The position numbers and the translations under genes are program-made. A DNA stretch of 64,000 bases from positions 1 through 64,000 of the forward strand of contig CAWCNJ010000004.1 in assembly GCA_963796955.1 (NCBI GenBank), in the 5' to 3' direction. Below are positions 27,348-40,029 of this stretch, one piece after another (position 1 is the stretch's first letter; every line of letters starts with the position of its first letter). Under the pieces are notes generated by a model, which had not been told where the DNA came from, made no database searches, and saw only the letters and a program-made list of their open reading frames with translations. Origin of the DNA: Endomicrobiales bacterium (GTDB lineage Bacteria; Elusimicrobiota; Endomicrobiia; Endomicrobiales; JALOBY01).

Positions 27348-28069
27348 CCGGCGCATTGCCCGAAGTAGTCGTCTACCATCTGCCCATTAACGATATATTG
27401 GCCATGACCTGGATAGCCGTTGCCGCCCTCGGCGTTCTTTCCCTGGCCGCCGCGAAAAACCCCACGCTGGTGCCTTCCCGGCTGCAAAACTTCTTTGAGA
27501 TATTGTTCGAGTTCATTTATGACATCGTGGACACAGTTATCGGCAGCGAGGCACGGAAATTCTACCCGTTGTTCCTCGGTCTTTTCCTCTTCATCCTGTT
27601 CTGCAATTTCCTGGGCCTTGTCCCGGGGATGATTTCACCTACTTCAAATCTTAATACCACGGTGGCGCTGGCGCTGATCGTATTCTTCAGCACCCATTTT
27701 TACGGCATAAAGAAACACGGCATACTGACGTATCTGAAGAACCTGACCCATGGTGTGCCGTTGTGGCTTGCGCCATTAATGTTCGTTATAGAGATAATCA
27801 GCGAACTGGCGCGCCCCTTGTCGCTCTCCTTTCGTCTTTTCGGCAACATGATGGCCAAAGAGATATTGCTGGTCATCCTTGCCTTCCTTATAATAACTTT
27901 TTTCCCGTCGCACACATACGTTCAGAAGGCTTTAACGATCGTGCCCGCTGTATTGCAGCCCGTCATAATTTTGTTCGGTATGTTCGTAGGCTTTATTCAG
28001 GCATTCATTTTCACGATGTTAGCCGCCTTTTATGTAGGCGGCGCGATAGCTGATCACGAAAAACACTAG
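27344..28069 (+). CDS. atpB: F0 subunit a
   Basis: RPLSLSFRLFGNM; IQAFIFTML. Confidence 0.96.
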   Translation: MTGALPEVVVYHLPINDILAMTWIAVAALGVLSLAAAKNPTLVPSRLQNFFEILFEFIYDIVDTVIGSEARKFYPLFLGLFLFILFCNFLGLVPGMISPTSNLNTTVALALIVFFSTHFYGIKKHGILTYLKNLTHGVPLWLAPLMFVIEIISELARPLSLSFRLFGNMMAKEILLVILAFLIITFFPSHTYVQKALTIVPAVLQPVIILFGMFVGFIQAFIFTMLAAFYVGGAIADHEKH

Positions 28070-28468
<399 letters not shown>

Positions 28469-28483
28469 GTTAAGGAAAAGCTA

Positions 28484-28978
28484 ATGATAGAGATACATTG
28501 GCCATTATTGCTGGCGCAGGGCGCAACGTTCCTGGTAGCCGTGCTGATACTGTGGAAGTTCGCCTGGGGGCCGCTTACCGCTTTTATGGATGCCCGCAAA
28601 CAGGAATTCCAAAAGCAGCTGGATGAACAGCACCGCAAGAAGGAAGAACTTGACGAGCTTGATAAAAAGTACAGCGCCCGCCTGGCAGACCTGAAGCGCG
28701 AAGCCGATGAAGTGCTTCGCAAATCTGCGGAGGAAGGGCGTATCGCCGGGGAAAAGATGCTGGAAACGGCGCATAAAGACGCGAAAAAACTTCTCGACAG
28801 CGCCCAGGCACAAATAACAGAAGAGAAGGACAAGGCGCTGGTGGAAGTGCGCCGCCAATCCGTTGAAATAGCCGTGCAGATAGCTGAAAAGCTGATGCGG
28901 GAAACGGTAGATAAAAAGATGCAGGACAAGCTTGAACACGATTTCTTTAAAGGCTGGGACACCGGGACGAAGAACTAA
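28484..28978 (+). CDS. atpF: F0 subunit b
   Basis: N-terminal TM, LWKFAWGP, coiled coil. Confidence 0.93.
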   Translation: MIEIHWPLLLAQGATFLVAVLILWKFAWGPLTAFMDARKQEFQKQLDEQHRKKEELDELDKKYSARLADLKREADEVLRKSAEEGRIAGEKMLETAHKDAKKLLDSAQAQITEEKDKALVEVRRQSVEIAVQIAEKLMRETVDKKMQDKLEHDFFKGWDTGTKN

Positions 28979-29508
28979 TGAGCGCACAGGAAGAGATCTC
29001 CTATTATTGGGCCAAGGCGCTGTTCGCCGCGGCTAAAAAACATAACGAAGTTGATCAGGTGGACCTTGACCTGAACCTGGTCAATGATGTCGCTAGATCC
29101 GACCGTTCGGCAGGATTGTTCTTTAATCACCCGCTGATATCGGCCGACGACAAAGCTAAAACCATAGACAGCGCCATAAAAAGCCGCTCCGCTAAAGGCT
29201 TGCTGAACATTATGTTCGAGCGTCACCATTTCAGCATCCTGGGCGCGGTGGCCCATAGATACCGCCAGATAGTTAAAACGGCTCGCGGCGAGGTGGATGT
29301 GGAGGTGCGTGTGCCGGCCGCCCTCTCGCAGGAAGCCCTTAAGCGTATGCAGGAAACGGTGTGCCGCGCGGTAGGTGCGAGCGTTAACCTGGTAGTAACG
29401 CTGGATGATTCCATTATCGGCGGCGTCTGGATGAAGGTGGGTACCAAGGTCTACGACGGCACGTTCCGCAAGGACCTGGATCTTTTGAAAGAAAGGCTTC
29501 TCGCGTAA
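28978..29508 (+). CDS. atpH: F1 delta subunit
   Basis: WAKALF; DDSIIGG...VYDGT. Confidence 0.93.
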   Translation: MSAQEEISYYWAKALFAAAKKHNEVDQVDLDLNLVNDVARSDRSAGLFFNHPLISADDKAKTIDSAIKSRSAKGLLNIMFERHHFSILGAVAHRYRQIVKTARGEVDVEVRVPAALSQEALKRMQETVCRAVGASVNLVVTLDDSIIGGVWMKVGTKVYDGTFRKDLDLLKERLLA

Positions 29509-29599
29509 TGCAAGATATCCTATCCCGCCACTGTGAGGCAAACACGCCGTTGGCGGCGGGATTTCACGATACTGCAATGATAAAGGCAAGAGGTATTCA

Positions 29600-31102
29600 A
29601 TGAAGACAGAAGAAATTGTAGGGCTTATTAAGCGGCAGCTGGAAGGGTATGCGGCCTCCGTTAAGATTGACGAAGTCGGCTACGTTATGCAGATCGGCGA
29701 CGGCATCGCAAAGATCTACGGCCTTGATAAGGCTATGGTCGGCGAGCTGGTCAGCTTTCCCAACGAGATATTCGGCATGGTGCTGAACCTGGACCGCGAA
29801 ACCGTCGGTGTCGCCATCCTCGGCTCGGATGCACAGATAAAAGAAGGCGATGAAGTAAAGCGCACAGGAAAAGTGCTTGAAGTGCCGGCAGGCCAGGCTC
29901 TTATCGGCAGGGTGGTAAACCCTCTCGGCCAGCCGCTTGACGGCGGCCCTATTCCACAGACAAAAACTTTCCGTCCCATTGAAGTTATAGCCCCCGGTGT
30001 TATAGAACGCCAGGGCGTAAAACAGCCGCTGCAGACCGGCCTGAAAGCGATCGACGGCATGATCCCCATCGGCCGCGGCCAGCGCGAGCTTATCATCGGC
30101 GACAGGCAAACCGGCAAAACGGCCATTGTTCTTGATGCGATCATCAACCAGAAGGGCCAGGATGTTATTTGTATCTATGTGGCGATCGGGCAGAAACAGT
30201 CGGTCGTCGCGCGCGTCGTGGAAAAATTAAGAAAGTACGGGGCGATGGATTATACCATTGTGGTAAACGCCTCAGCCGACGATTCTGCTCCCCTGCAGTA
30301 TATAGCACCCTACAGCGGCGTCGCCATGGCCGAAGAATTCCTGCATCAGGGTAAACATGTTTTGATAGCCTACGACGATCTTTCGAAGCACGCTGTGGCA
30401 TACAGGCAGATGTCTTTGCTGCTGCGCCGCCCGCCTGGACGTGAAGCATATCCCGGCGACGTTTTTTACCTGCACTCCAGACTTTTGGAGCGCGCCGTGA
30501 AATTGTCTGATGAGAACGGCGGCGGTTCAATAACAGCCCTGCCTATCATTGAAACCCAGGCCGGCGACATATCGGCCTATATACCGACCAACGTTATTTC
30601 TATAACCGACGGTCAGATATACCTTGAGACAAGCCTGTTCCACGGCGGCGTGCGGCCGGCGGTAAACGTTGGTCTTTCGGTCTCTCGCGTAGGCGGTTCC
30701 GCCCAGCTGAAAGCGATGCGCCAAGTTGCTGGCCGGCTGCGCATAGATCTTGCGCAGTACCGCGAGCTTTCAACGTTCGCGCAATTCGGCGCCGAACTGG
30801 ACGCAGCCAGCTCCAGCCAGCTTACCCGCGGCGAGAAACTGGTTGAGATACTTAAGCAGGACGAACAGAAACCCCTGCCCGTGGAAAAACAGGTGGTCGC
30901 CATTTACGCCGGCGTTAACGGACTGCTCGATAACATTCAGACCGACGAAATAAAAGAGCTGCTGGAAAAAATATACGACAACTACGATAAGAACTGTGTT
31001 CACCTTACGGAGCTGATAATAAAAGAAGGCATCAGCGACAAAACGAACGCTGAATTAAAAGAACTTATAGAAAAGTCGAAGCAGGAATATCTGGCACTAT
31101 AA
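29600..31102 (+). CDS. atpA: F1 alpha subunit
   Basis: [29 protein letters not shown]. Confidence 0.98.
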   Translation: MKTEEIVGLIKRQLEGYAASVKIDEVGYVMQIGDGIAKIYGLDKAMVGELVSFPNEIFGMVLNLDRETVGVAILGSDAQIKEGDEVKRTGKVLEVPAGQALIGRVVNPLGQPLDGGPIPQTKTFRPIEVIAPGVIERQGVKQPLQTGLKAIDGMIPIGRGQRELIIGDRQTGKTAIVLDAIINQKGQDVICIYVAIGQKQSVVARVVEKLRKYGAMDYTIVVNASADDSAPLQYIAPYSGVAMAEEFLHQGKHVLIAYDDLSKHAVAYRQMSLLLRRPPGREAYPGDVFYLHSRLLERAVKLSDENGGGSITALPIIETQAGDISAYIPTNVISITDGQIYLETSLFHGGVRPAVNVGLSVSRVGGSAQLKAMRQVAGRLRIDLAQYRELSTFAQFGAELDAASSSQLTRGEKLVEILKQDEQKPLPVEKQVVAIYAGVNGLLDNIQTDEIKELLEKIYDNYDKNCVHLTELIIKEGISDKTNAELKELIEKSKQEYLAL

Positions 31103-31959
31103 TGATAACGATCCGAGAATTGCGCAGGCGCATACGCTCTACCCAAAACATAGAACACATAACCTCCGCTATGCAGAAGGTTTCGGCGGCGCGGCTAAAC
31201 AAGGCGCGCCAGCGTCTTGCCTCGGTACGCCCCTATGCGGAAACGCTTGAGGAAATGGCCCGTGACCTGGTCGCGGAATACAATCTTCGCGATCATCCGC
31301 TTTTCCACTCTAACGGCGGAAAAAAAATATTGGTGGTCGCCATGTCTTCCGATAAAGGCCTTTGCGGCGCCTACAACTCGGCGATAGCCACCCGGCTTGA
31401 CAGTTTCATTAAAGAACAGGTCGGTACACCGGTAGAGGTGCTGGCTATCGGTAAAAAGATACGGGACCATTGCCGGCGCAAAGGTATTGCACTGTTTGAC
31501 GAAAGGCTTAATATCCCGGTTTTCTTCAAATTCCAGTTCGCCAGTATTGTGGCCGACCAGGTAATGGGCGACTTTGAGACCGGCGCATTCTCCAGCGTTT
31601 ATCTGCTCTATACCCGTTTCGTTTCACCCACGCGCCAGGAGACAACTCTCTCGAAGCTGCTGCCCTTCTCTTTTATAGGCTGTAACGAAAGCAGGGTTGC
31701 GATGAATTTTATTTACGAGCCGGGCCCGCAGGATATTATGAGAGGCTTGATACCGTCATCTATCAGGACCAGGATCTGGGAAGCTTTTCTTGAATCCTCC
31801 GCCAGCGAACATTCGATGCGCATGATCATGATGGAGCAGGCCTCTGTCAACGCCGAAAAAATGATAACCGAACTGGTGCAGACCGCCAACAAGCTGCGCC
31901 AGTCTATGATAACGAAAGAACTCTCTGAAATAATCGGGACATCGGAAGCTTTAAAATAA
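31102..31959 (+). CDS. atpG: F1 gamma subunit
   Basis: [22 protein letters not shown]. Confidence 0.97.
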   Translation: MITIRELRRRIRSTQNIEHITSAMQKVSAARLNKARQRLASVRPYAETLEEMARDLVAEYNLRDHPLFHSNGGKKILVVAMSSDKGLCGAYNSAIATRLDSFIKEQVGTPVEVLAIGKKIRDHCRRKGIALFDERLNIPVFFKFQFASIVADQVMGDFETGAFSSVYLLYTRFVSPTRQETTLSKLLPFSFIGCNESRVAMNFIYEPGPQDIMRGLIPSSIRTRIWEAFLESSASEHSMRMIMMEQASVNAEKMITELVQTANKLRQSMITKELSEIIGTSEALK

Positions 31960-31976
31960 GGAATGAGGTATTAATT

Positions 31977-33376
<1,400 letters not shown>

Positions 33377-33637
33377 ATGAAAACCTATAAGCTCAGCATC
33401 ATCACCCCTGAAGAAACCGTTTATGCGGGCACGATACAGAGCCTTATCCTGCCCTCGGTTTCCGGCAAGATGGAAGTGCTGGCGGAACACGCCCCTGCCT
33501 TCATAATGCTGGACAAAGGCGTTATAACGGTCCGCGTAGATGATGCCGCTACAAAGACCTTTAAAGTAGAAAGCGGTTACGTGCAGATAACGCATAATGA
33601 CGTTAAGATATTACCAGAGAACATACTTCAGGCCTAG
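33377..33637 (+). CDS. atpC: F1 epsilon subunit (beta-sandwich only)
   Basis: IITPE...GKMEVLAEHAP; 86 aa with no C-terminal helical hairpin. Confidence 0.92.
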   Translation: MKTYKLSIITPEETVYAGTIQSLILPSVSGKMEVLAEHAPAFIMLDKGVITVRVDDAATKTFKVESGYVQITHNDVKILPENILQA

Positions 33638-33709
33638 ATGTATTCCTTGCCAAACTGGGTGACAATTAGGTACTATGTACCGGCAGCTATTAAACGAAAG
33701 GGGAGATCG

Positions 33710-34138
33710 ATGAGAAAATTAGCCTCGTTGTTCGCAGCAGTAATGCTGTTCGCCGGAGTTTCAGCCTTCGCAGCAGATGTCACGCCGGTAAAGTTGTCGT
33801 TGTTCCCGATGCTCGGCATTCCGCCCGCGCAGATAGTTCACGGCCTTGACCTTGGATTGATCGCGACTAAAGTGGATGAAGTGAAAGGCTGGCAGGCTGG
33901 CTGGATATACGCCGGCACCAGAGACAATATGGTCGGCTTACAGACTGGTTTCGTGACCAGTGCCAAAAAAGTAACCGGCCTTCAGTACGGTTTTGTTAAC
34001 CTTGCCGATAACGCGACCGGCGTTATGCTTGGCTTCGTAAACGTTGCCGATAACATGAAAGGCGTGCAGATAGGCCTTGTTAACGTTATCAAAAGCGGTC
34101 CCGTTCCCGCGATGGTATTGATCAACGCTAATTTCTAA
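33710..34138 (+). CDS. Exported protein with GxQxGxVN surface repeats (LA_2272-like)
   Basis: Signal peptide ending AFA; GLQTGFV/GLQYGFVN/GVQIGLVN repeats; terminal NANF. Confidence 0.8.
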   Translation: MRKLASLFAAVMLFAGVSAFAADVTPVKLSLFPMLGIPPAQIVHGLDLGLIATKVDEVKGWQAGWIYAGTRDNMVGLQTGFVTSAKKVTGLQYGFVNLADNATGVMLGFVNVADNMKGVQIGLVNVIKSGPVPAMVLINANF

Positions 34139-34155
34139 AAGTCACAAAATATTTG

Positions 34156-34192
34156 AAAAGCTCTCGATCTTTACCGACCGGGAGCTTTTTTT
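34156..34192 (+). terminator. Intrinsic terminator
   Basis: AAAAGCTCTCG...CGGGAGCTTTTTTT. Confidence 0.75.
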
Positions 34193-34206
34193 ATTGAGGA
34201 GGAGTT

Positions 34207-34818
34207 ATGAAAAGGACAGCAGCGGTCGCAACAGTTTTGCTGGCTGGCTTGATATTCGGCCAGGGGGTTAATGTCGGTTTATCTACAGAGGGGGGTAAAA
34301 TGAAAGATACGTTTGAAGTGATCAATTCCAGGAAAAGCGTGAGGCATTTTACGGGCAAGGCGGTTGATAAGGCCGACCTTGATAAAATAGTGCGCGCCGG
34401 CATGGCAGCGCCAACAGCGGTGAACATGCAGCCCTGGAGTTTTGTGGTCGTGACTAACCGCGCTGTGATGGATAAGCTCGGAGAGGCTCTGCCGCACGCC
34501 CAGATGATAGCAAAAGCCGGCGCCATTATAGTAGTTTGCACGGAACCCGCCAAAGCCATCAACGCAAGCCAGGATTTTGCGATCATAGACGCCAGCCTTG
34601 CTGGTGAAAACATCCTGCTTGCGACAGAAGCGCTGGGCCTTGGCGCCACCTGGACCGCCGCGTACCCCGACAAAGAAGCGATGCAGTCCGTTCGCGATAT
34701 CCTCGGCATCCCTGGAAGTGTTATCCCGCTTAACGTTACCCCTATTGGATACCCCACCGGAGAAGACAAACCTAAAGATAAATACAAAAAAGAAAAACTC
34801 CATTGGGAGAAGTGGTAA
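34207..34818 (+). CDS. Nitroreductase family protein
   Basis: SRKSVRHF, APTAVNMQPW, ENILLA..ALGLG. Confidence 0.93.
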   Translation: MKRTAAVATVLLAGLIFGQGVNVGLSTEGGKMKDTFEVINSRKSVRHFTGKAVDKADLDKIVRAGMAAPTAVNMQPWSFVVVTNRAVMDKLGEALPHAQMIAKAGAIIVVCTEPAKAINASQDFAIIDASLAGENILLATEALGLGATWTAAYPDKEAMQSVRDILGIPGSVIPLNVTPIGYPTGEDKPKDKYKKEKLHWEKW

Positions 34819-34847
34819 TTTAACGATCAGTTGCTGGAGGGAACGAT

Positions 34848-35324
34848 ATGGGTTTTGCCGGTTTAAGGAATACGATCGCTGCCGTGCTGGTTTTTGCCTC
34901 TGTCTGTGTTTTGCGTGCCGGCGCTATGGAGCTGGATACACTGCGCTGGCACGTGTTCGGCAGGACAATAACTCTCACGGGCACGATTACCGAACACGAG
35001 TCCTATAGATCTCCGGAGGCTCAAAAAATAGACAAATATTATCTGCTGAAACTGGATAAGCCCATAAATATCCGGGACAAAGATATTGCCCGGGTTGAGA
35101 ACGATGTCGCCGAACTTCAGCTGAAAATTAACTGGCATGGCCAAAAAACCGCGCTACCCAGGGGGAATTTCTCAGCCCTGCTCGAAAGAAAAGTCTCCGT
35201 CAGGGGGATTCTGTTCCCCAACACCGCAAGTGAAGCCGCAAAGATCCTGATAAGCGCCCAATCCATAAAACCCTACAAAAAACCCACCCGCAGCCACAAG
35301 AAACACAGGACAACCACGGCTTGA
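34848..35324 (+). CDS. Exported hypothetical protein (possibly DUF4431-like)
   Basis: SD GGAGG; signal peptide; ITLTGTI...YYLLKLDKPI...VSVRGILF. Confidence 0.55.
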   Translation: MGFAGLRNTIAAVLVFASVCVLRAGAMELDTLRWHVFGRTITLTGTITEHESYRSPEAQKIDKYYLLKLDKPINIRDKDIARVENDVAELQLKINWHGQKTALPRGNFSALLERKVSVRGILFPNTASEAAKILISAQSIKPYKKPTRSHKKHRTTTA

Positions 35325-35362
35325 TAGAGGTTTGTTGAATCGACTAACATGTTTCGGTAAAC

Positions 35363-35393
35363 TACTTTAAATATTACTTTAAATATGCTTTAA
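35363..35393 (+). promoter_or_regulatory. Tandem direct repeats upstream of the Fic-wHTH gene (putative operator)
   Basis: TACTTTAAATAT twice, then GCTTTAA. Confidence 0.55.
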
Positions 35394-35400
35394 TGTTGAT

Positions 35401-36420
35401 GTGGAAACAACACCGAAATTCACTATTACATTACATTTATCAAAACTCATTGATGAGATCAGTGCTCTTCGGGAGAAAATATTAGCTTCTCGTGTGCGGA
35501 TCGCCTGGAAACCGCAGATGCAGAGAGAAGCGATAATACGAAATGCGATGGGATCGACCGCTATTGAAGGTTTTATACTGAGTTTGCCGGAAGTTCAGGC
35601 ACTTGCGCAAGGAAAACATGAGCTTCAAACACTAAGTTCCACTGAACGAGCGGTATTTAATTATCTGGCGGCACTGCGTAAACTTCAAAAAGATACGCCC
35701 GACAAACTCAGCAATGAATTTGTTCGTTCATTGCACGCGATAATCGCCGAGGGTGCCTCTCATGGCGGAAAGGTTGGCGAGTACAGGAAAGTTCAGAATT
35801 TTATCGTGAATGGTTACGGCCGGGTTGTATACAGGCCCCCGGCGCCAGCAGTCGTGCCCAAGCTGATGGATCAATTCATTGATTTTGTAAATGCAAGATC
35901 TCAAGATTATCTGCCGGTTATATCATCAGCGATAATTCATTATAAATTTGTTGCGATCCATCCATTTGTTGACGGCAATGGGCGGGTTGGCCGTATACTT
36001 GGTACGTGGGAACTCTTTCGCAGGAAGTTTGATACTGAATATATATTCGCGATCGATGATATTATTTACGAGCATAAAGCGGCTTATTACAAGGCGCTTG
36101 AAGTAGTAAGATCAGAAAAAGGCGATCTAACGCATTGGCTGGAATATTATCTGGAAACGGTCGCCGAATCCCTTTCTAGCGCGTGGAATCGTGTAGTACG
36201 CCTCCCAAAGAATGCTGCGGTGAAGGGACTTTCACTGTCGCCTAGTCAGGAAAAAGCTTTAACTCTTCTAAAAGATGTGGGCGAACTTAGCGTAAGAGAT
36301 TTGGCGGTAACTCTCAAACTCACAGTGCAAGGTGTGCATTTTATCCTGAAGCCGCTTATTGAAGCTGGCGTTGTGGAACGCAGGGGTGGTAAAAAGACCG
36401 GAACCTACGGTCTAGCATAA
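35401..36420 (+). CDS. Fic family protein with C-terminal winged HTH
   Basis: STAIEG; HPFVDGNGRVGR; LSVRDLA...GGKKTGTY. Confidence 0.92.
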   Translation: METTPKFTITLHLSKLIDEISALREKILASRVRIAWKPQMQREAIIRNAMGSTAIEGFILSLPEVQALAQGKHELQTLSSTERAVFNYLAALRKLQKDTPDKLSNEFVRSLHAIIAEGASHGGKVGEYRKVQNFIVNGYGRVVYRPPAPAVVPKLMDQFIDFVNARSQDYLPVISSAIIHYKFVAIHPFVDGNGRVGRILGTWELFRRKFDTEYIFAIDDIIYEHKAAYYKALEVVRSEKGDLTHWLEYYLETVAESLSSAWNRVVRLPKNAAVKGLSLSPSQEKALTLLKDVGELSVRDLAVTLKLTVQGVHFILKPLIEAGVVERRGGKKTGTYGLA

Positions 36421-36511
36421 AACGCAGGACTCTATAAACAGACCCGGGGTCGGGTCTCAAATTGGGAGAAGTGGTAGACTGTTTCCTGTCTGCTGCTACT
36501 GCCAACTGCTG

Positions 36512-36545
36512 TTGAACCGCCAAGTATATTCTGATATACTTGGCG
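36512..36545 (+). promoter_or_regulatory. TA promoter overlapped by a 12-4-12 palindromic operator
   Basis: TTGAAC-17 bp-TATACT; CGCCAAGTATAT-TCTG-ATATACTTGGCG at 36518..36545. Confidence 0.7.
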
Positions 36546-36565
36546 TGTAGCATTGGAGGTTCCAA

Positions 36566-36775
36566 GTGAATTCCAAAGCAATTTTAAAAGAGGCGTTACA
36601 CCTTCATCCCGCCGAAAGGTTGCAGTTAGTAGAATATCTGGTCAATAGTCTTGATAAACCGGATGAAGAAATTGAAAAAGCCTGGTCGGCTGAATCTGAA
36701 AAACGTTTTCAGGCTTATAAGCAGGGTAAGGTTAAAACCTATGACCTAAGGGAAGTCGCAGAAAGGTATAAATAA
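36566..36775 (+). CDS. Addiction-module antitoxin
   Basis: ALHLHPAERLQLVE.L..SLD...AWSAESEKR. Confidence 0.88.
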   Translation: MNSKAILKEALHLHPAERLQLVEYLVNSLDKPDEEIEKAWSAESEKRFQAYKQGKVKTYDLREVAERYK

Positions 36776-37039
36776 ATGAATGTAAAGTTCATTGAGCCTG
36801 CACTGCTTGAATTAGATGATGCGATCAAGTATTATAATGAAGAATTAGATGGCCTTGGTACTAGATTTTACAAAGAAGTGTTAAGTACAATTGAGTTGAT
36901 AAAATTATTTTCAGATTCATGGAATAAATGCTCACCCAATACCAGAAAAGCTATAGTGAAAACCTTCCCTTACAACCTCATATACGCTGTTGACAGCAAA
37001 ACAATACGAAAAAAGAAAGTGATGACGGTTATAACCTAG
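36776..37039 (+). CDS. RelE/ParE-family toxin, C-terminus apparently lost
   Basis: ALLELDDAIKYY...GLGTRF...FPYNLIY; the usual AVAH..R.P..W tail is absent. Confidence 0.8.
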   Translation: MNVKFIEPALLELDDAIKYYNEELDGLGTRFYKEVLSTIELIKLFSDSWNKCSPNTRKAIVKTFPYNLIYAVDSKTIRKKKVMTVIT

Positions 37040-37110
37040 TCTTTAGCTAAGCGTAAGAACGATTGGTGTTTTGTTCGCAAAAGTGGTGGTATTTTGATAG
37101 AATACTGCCT

Positions 37111-38103
37111 ATGACACCGTGGGAAAAATTCATTGAACTTAATAGCAGGTCCGGGCTAGTAAAGGCCGGGGACAGGGTGCTGGTTTCTGTTTCCGGGGGG
37201 CCTGATTCTGTTGCTTTATTACATCTCCTCTGGCGGCTGAAAAAAAACCTTCCTTTTCAACTTTTCGTGCTGACCATGAACCATGGGCTGCGGAAAGTTG
37301 CCTCTAAAGAAATTAAACTTGTTCAGCAACTCGGCGCGAAACTTGGCGTGACCGTTATCACGGAAGTTTTGGCGGTCACAGAACACGCTAAGCGGACAAA
37401 ACAATCTGTGGAAACCGCGGCGCGTGAACTTCGTTACCGTGCATTGGCGAAAGTAGCCAGGGTTTACAAGATCAACAAGATCGCTACCGGCCACACGGCC
37501 TCGGACACGGCTGAAACTATGCTGATGTGGCTTTTACGCGGCACCGGTACGGCAGGCCTTGCCGGTATCCCCGAAAGCAGGCCATTGGACGGCCCCCCCG
37601 CTGTCACTATTATCCGGCCGATCCTTTCCTTAACGCGGCGCGATATTTTGGGTTACTGCGAAAGCCAAAAGCTTACTTTTGCCATTGATGGATCCAATCT
37701 CTCTCTGGATTATACGCGCAACCGTATACGCCACAAGATAATGCCCTTGATGGAGGAACTTAATCCCCGGTTTACGGAACACTGCTATACGCTGTCGCAA
37801 ATTGTGGCGGGGGAGCAGATGTTTTTGAACAAGCTCACCGATGCCGCCTGTGGAGCCTGTATTTCGACGAAAAAAGACAGCGCGATTGTCCTTGATTTGC
37901 GCCGCTATATTCGATATAATGAACAGGTTCGCGCGCGAGTGCTGAAACGGCTTTTGCCCGTGCGAAAAACCGCGCAAACTATCCATGCGTTGACGCGATT
38001 TATTGAAGACAAAAAAGCGCGTACATGGCCGGTCTCGGGAGAATGGACGGCAGTTAAGCGCCCCGGGACGGTAGTGTTTCAGCCTCATCCCAAAAAATCA
38101 TAG
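37111..38103 (+). CDS. tilS: tRNA(Ile)-lysidine synthetase
   Basis: SGGPDS, ARELRY, TGHTASDTAET, RNRIRH. Confidence 0.95.
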   Translation: MTPWEKFIELNSRSGLVKAGDRVLVSVSGGPDSVALLHLLWRLKKNLPFQLFVLTMNHGLRKVASKEIKLVQQLGAKLGVTVITEVLAVTEHAKRTKQSVETAARELRYRALAKVARVYKINKIATGHTASDTAETMLMWLLRGTGTAGLAGIPESRPLDGPPAVTIIRPILSLTRRDILGYCESQKLTFAIDGSNLSLDYTRNRIRHKIMPLMEELNPRFTEHCYTLSQIVAGEQMFLNKLTDAACGACISTKKDSAIVLDLRRYIRYNEQVRARVLKRLLPVRKTAQTIHALTRFIEDKKARTWPVSGEWTAVKRPGTVVFQPHPKKS

Positions 38104-38124
38104 ACGTAAACTATAGGAGATATA

Positions 38125-40026
38125 ATGGACAAAAAAGGCCGCTGGGATCTTATTATCTGGTTCATAGTTTTTCTCTTCCTGCTCTATTTCATCCAGTCGG
38201 CGCGTCAGGCGAATATCGAGCAGGATGTAACGTATTCAACCTTTAAACAATATCTGAAGAACAGCCAGGTCACTAAGGTCACCGTTATGCCGGATTTCAT
38301 AAAAGGCCAGTATAAGGCGGCCGACGGCAAAACCTATAACTTCAAGACCGTTCCGATGGAAGACCCAAAACTTATAGATGAAATGGATGAGTACCACGTC
38401 GCTTCCTACGATGCAAAAAAGGAATCCGGCTGGTTCCTGCCCCTGCTGATGAACTGGGGTCCGGTGATACTGCTGATCGTTTTCTGGCTGTGGATGATAA
38501 AAGGCATGCAGGGCGGCGGCAAACAGATGATGGCCTTCGGCCGCAGCAAGGCCAAAATGCAGGGTGTTAAAAAAACGAAGATAACTTTTGCCGACGTCGC
38601 AGGTTGTGATGAAGCCAAGGAAGAGCTGCAGGAGATCATAGAATTTTTAAAGGATCCGGCGAAATTCCAGAAGCTGGGCGGAAAAATACCCAAGGGCGTG
38701 CTGCTGTATGGCGCACCCGGCACAGGTAAAACGCTTCTTGCCAAAGCAGTCGCGGGTGAGGCTGGCGTGCCGTTCTTCTCTTCCAGCGGTTCAGAATTCG
38801 TTGAAATGTTCGTCGGTGTCGGCGCCAGCCGCGTGCGAGACCTGTTCGATCAGGGCCGCAAGAACGCGCCGTGTTTGCTGTTCGTAGACGAAATAGATGC
38901 CGTCGGGCGCCACCGTTTCGCCGGCATCGGCGGCGGTCATGATGAAAGAGAGCAGACCCTTAACCAACTGCTGGTAGAGATGGACGGCTTTGATACCAAA
39001 GAAGGCGTGATATTGATAGCGGCGACCAACCGCCCCGATGTGCTTGACCCCGCGCTTATGCGCCCTGGCCGTTTTGACCGGCATGTGGGAGTTCCTTCGC
39101 CCGACTTAAAAGGCCGCGAACAGATACTGAAAGTGCATTCGAAAAACGTTAAGACGGCCGATGCCGTGGACCTTACCGTTATAGCACGCCGCACGCCCGG
39201 TTTTGTGGGTGCCGACCTTGCTAATCTGGTCAACGAAGCCGCCTTGCTCGCCGCCCGCAAGAACCGCCCCTCGGTAGAGATGGAAGATCTTGAGGAAGCG
39301 ATAGATCGCGTGATAGCGGGGCCGCAGCGTAAATCGCGCATGATATCCGATGCCGAAAAGAAAATTATAGCGTACCACGAATCGGGCCATACGATCGTCG
39401 CAAAACTCACGCCCGGTTCCGATCCCGTGCATAAAGTCTCCATTGTTTCCAGAGGGCCCGCGCTTGGCTATACTCTGCAGCTGCCGCTGGAAGATAAATA
39501 TCTTACCGGCAGGCAGGAACTGCTGGCCCGCCTGAAAGTATTGCTTGGCGGCAGAGCCGCCGAAGAATTAGTGTTCAAAGAAGTTACTACCGGCGCGCAC
39601 AATGATCTTTCCAAGGCCACTGAGATGGCGCAGCGCATGGTAACGGAATTCGGCATGAGCGACCGCATCGGGCCGCTGTCCCTGCGGACCGGCGAAAGCG
39701 AGATCTTCCTGGGCCGCGATATCGCCAGGGAGCCCAGGTTCTCTAACAAGACCATGGAAATAATTGACGATGAAGTAAGAAAACTGGTAGAAGACGCACG
39801 GACCCACGCCCTTACGCTTCTCGGCGATAATCTGGCCTTCCTTAACACCATGGCGGACGCCCTGGTGGAAAGAGAGAACCTGGACAGTGAAGAAATAGAG
39901 CTTATTATGACCGGAAAACCGCTGCCGCCGATGAAAGTTGTTGTGCCGCCTGCACCCGCAGCGCCGGCTCCCGTTGAGCCGACGCCGCCGGCCGCAGAAG
40001 GAACTACTTCTGAGGGAAAGGCCTAG
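38125..40026 (+). CDS. ftsH: ATP-dependent zinc metalloprotease
   Basis: [20 protein letters not shown]. Confidence 0.98.
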   Translation: MDKKGRWDLIIWFIVFLFLLYFIQSARQANIEQDVTYSTFKQYLKNSQVTKVTVMPDFIKGQYKAADGKTYNFKTVPMEDPKLIDEMDEYHVASYDAKKESGWFLPLLMNWGPVILLIVFWLWMIKGMQGGGKQMMAFGRSKAKMQGVKKTKITFADVAGCDEAKEELQEIIEFLKDPAKFQKLGGKIPKGVLLYGAPGTGKTLLAKAVAGEAGVPFFSSSGSEFVEMFVGVGASRVRDLFDQGRKNAPCLLFVDEIDAVGRHRFAGIGGGHDEREQTLNQLLVEMDGFDTKEGVILIAATNRPDVLDPALMRPGRFDRHVGVPSPDLKGREQILKVHSKNVKTADAVDLTVIARRTPGFVGADLANLVNEAALLAARKNRPSVEMEDLEEAIDRVIAGPQRKSRMISDAEKKIIAYHESGHTIVAKLTPGSDPVHKVSIVSRGPALGYTLQLPLEDKYLTGRQELLARLKVLLGGRAAEELVFKEVTTGAHNDLSKATEMAQRMVTEFGMSDRIGPLSLRTGESEIFLGRDIAREPRFSNKTMEIIDDEVRKLVEDARTHALTLLGDNLAFLNTMADALVERENLDSEEIELIMTGKPLPPMKVVVPPAPAAPAPVEPTPPAAEGTTSEGKA

Positions 40027-40029
40027 TTG

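Noticed and set aside
29530..29560. c-di-GMP-I riboswitch suggested by GGCAAAC
   Set aside because: No GNRA/receptor second stem or downstream GCAAAG-type motif; intra-operon position
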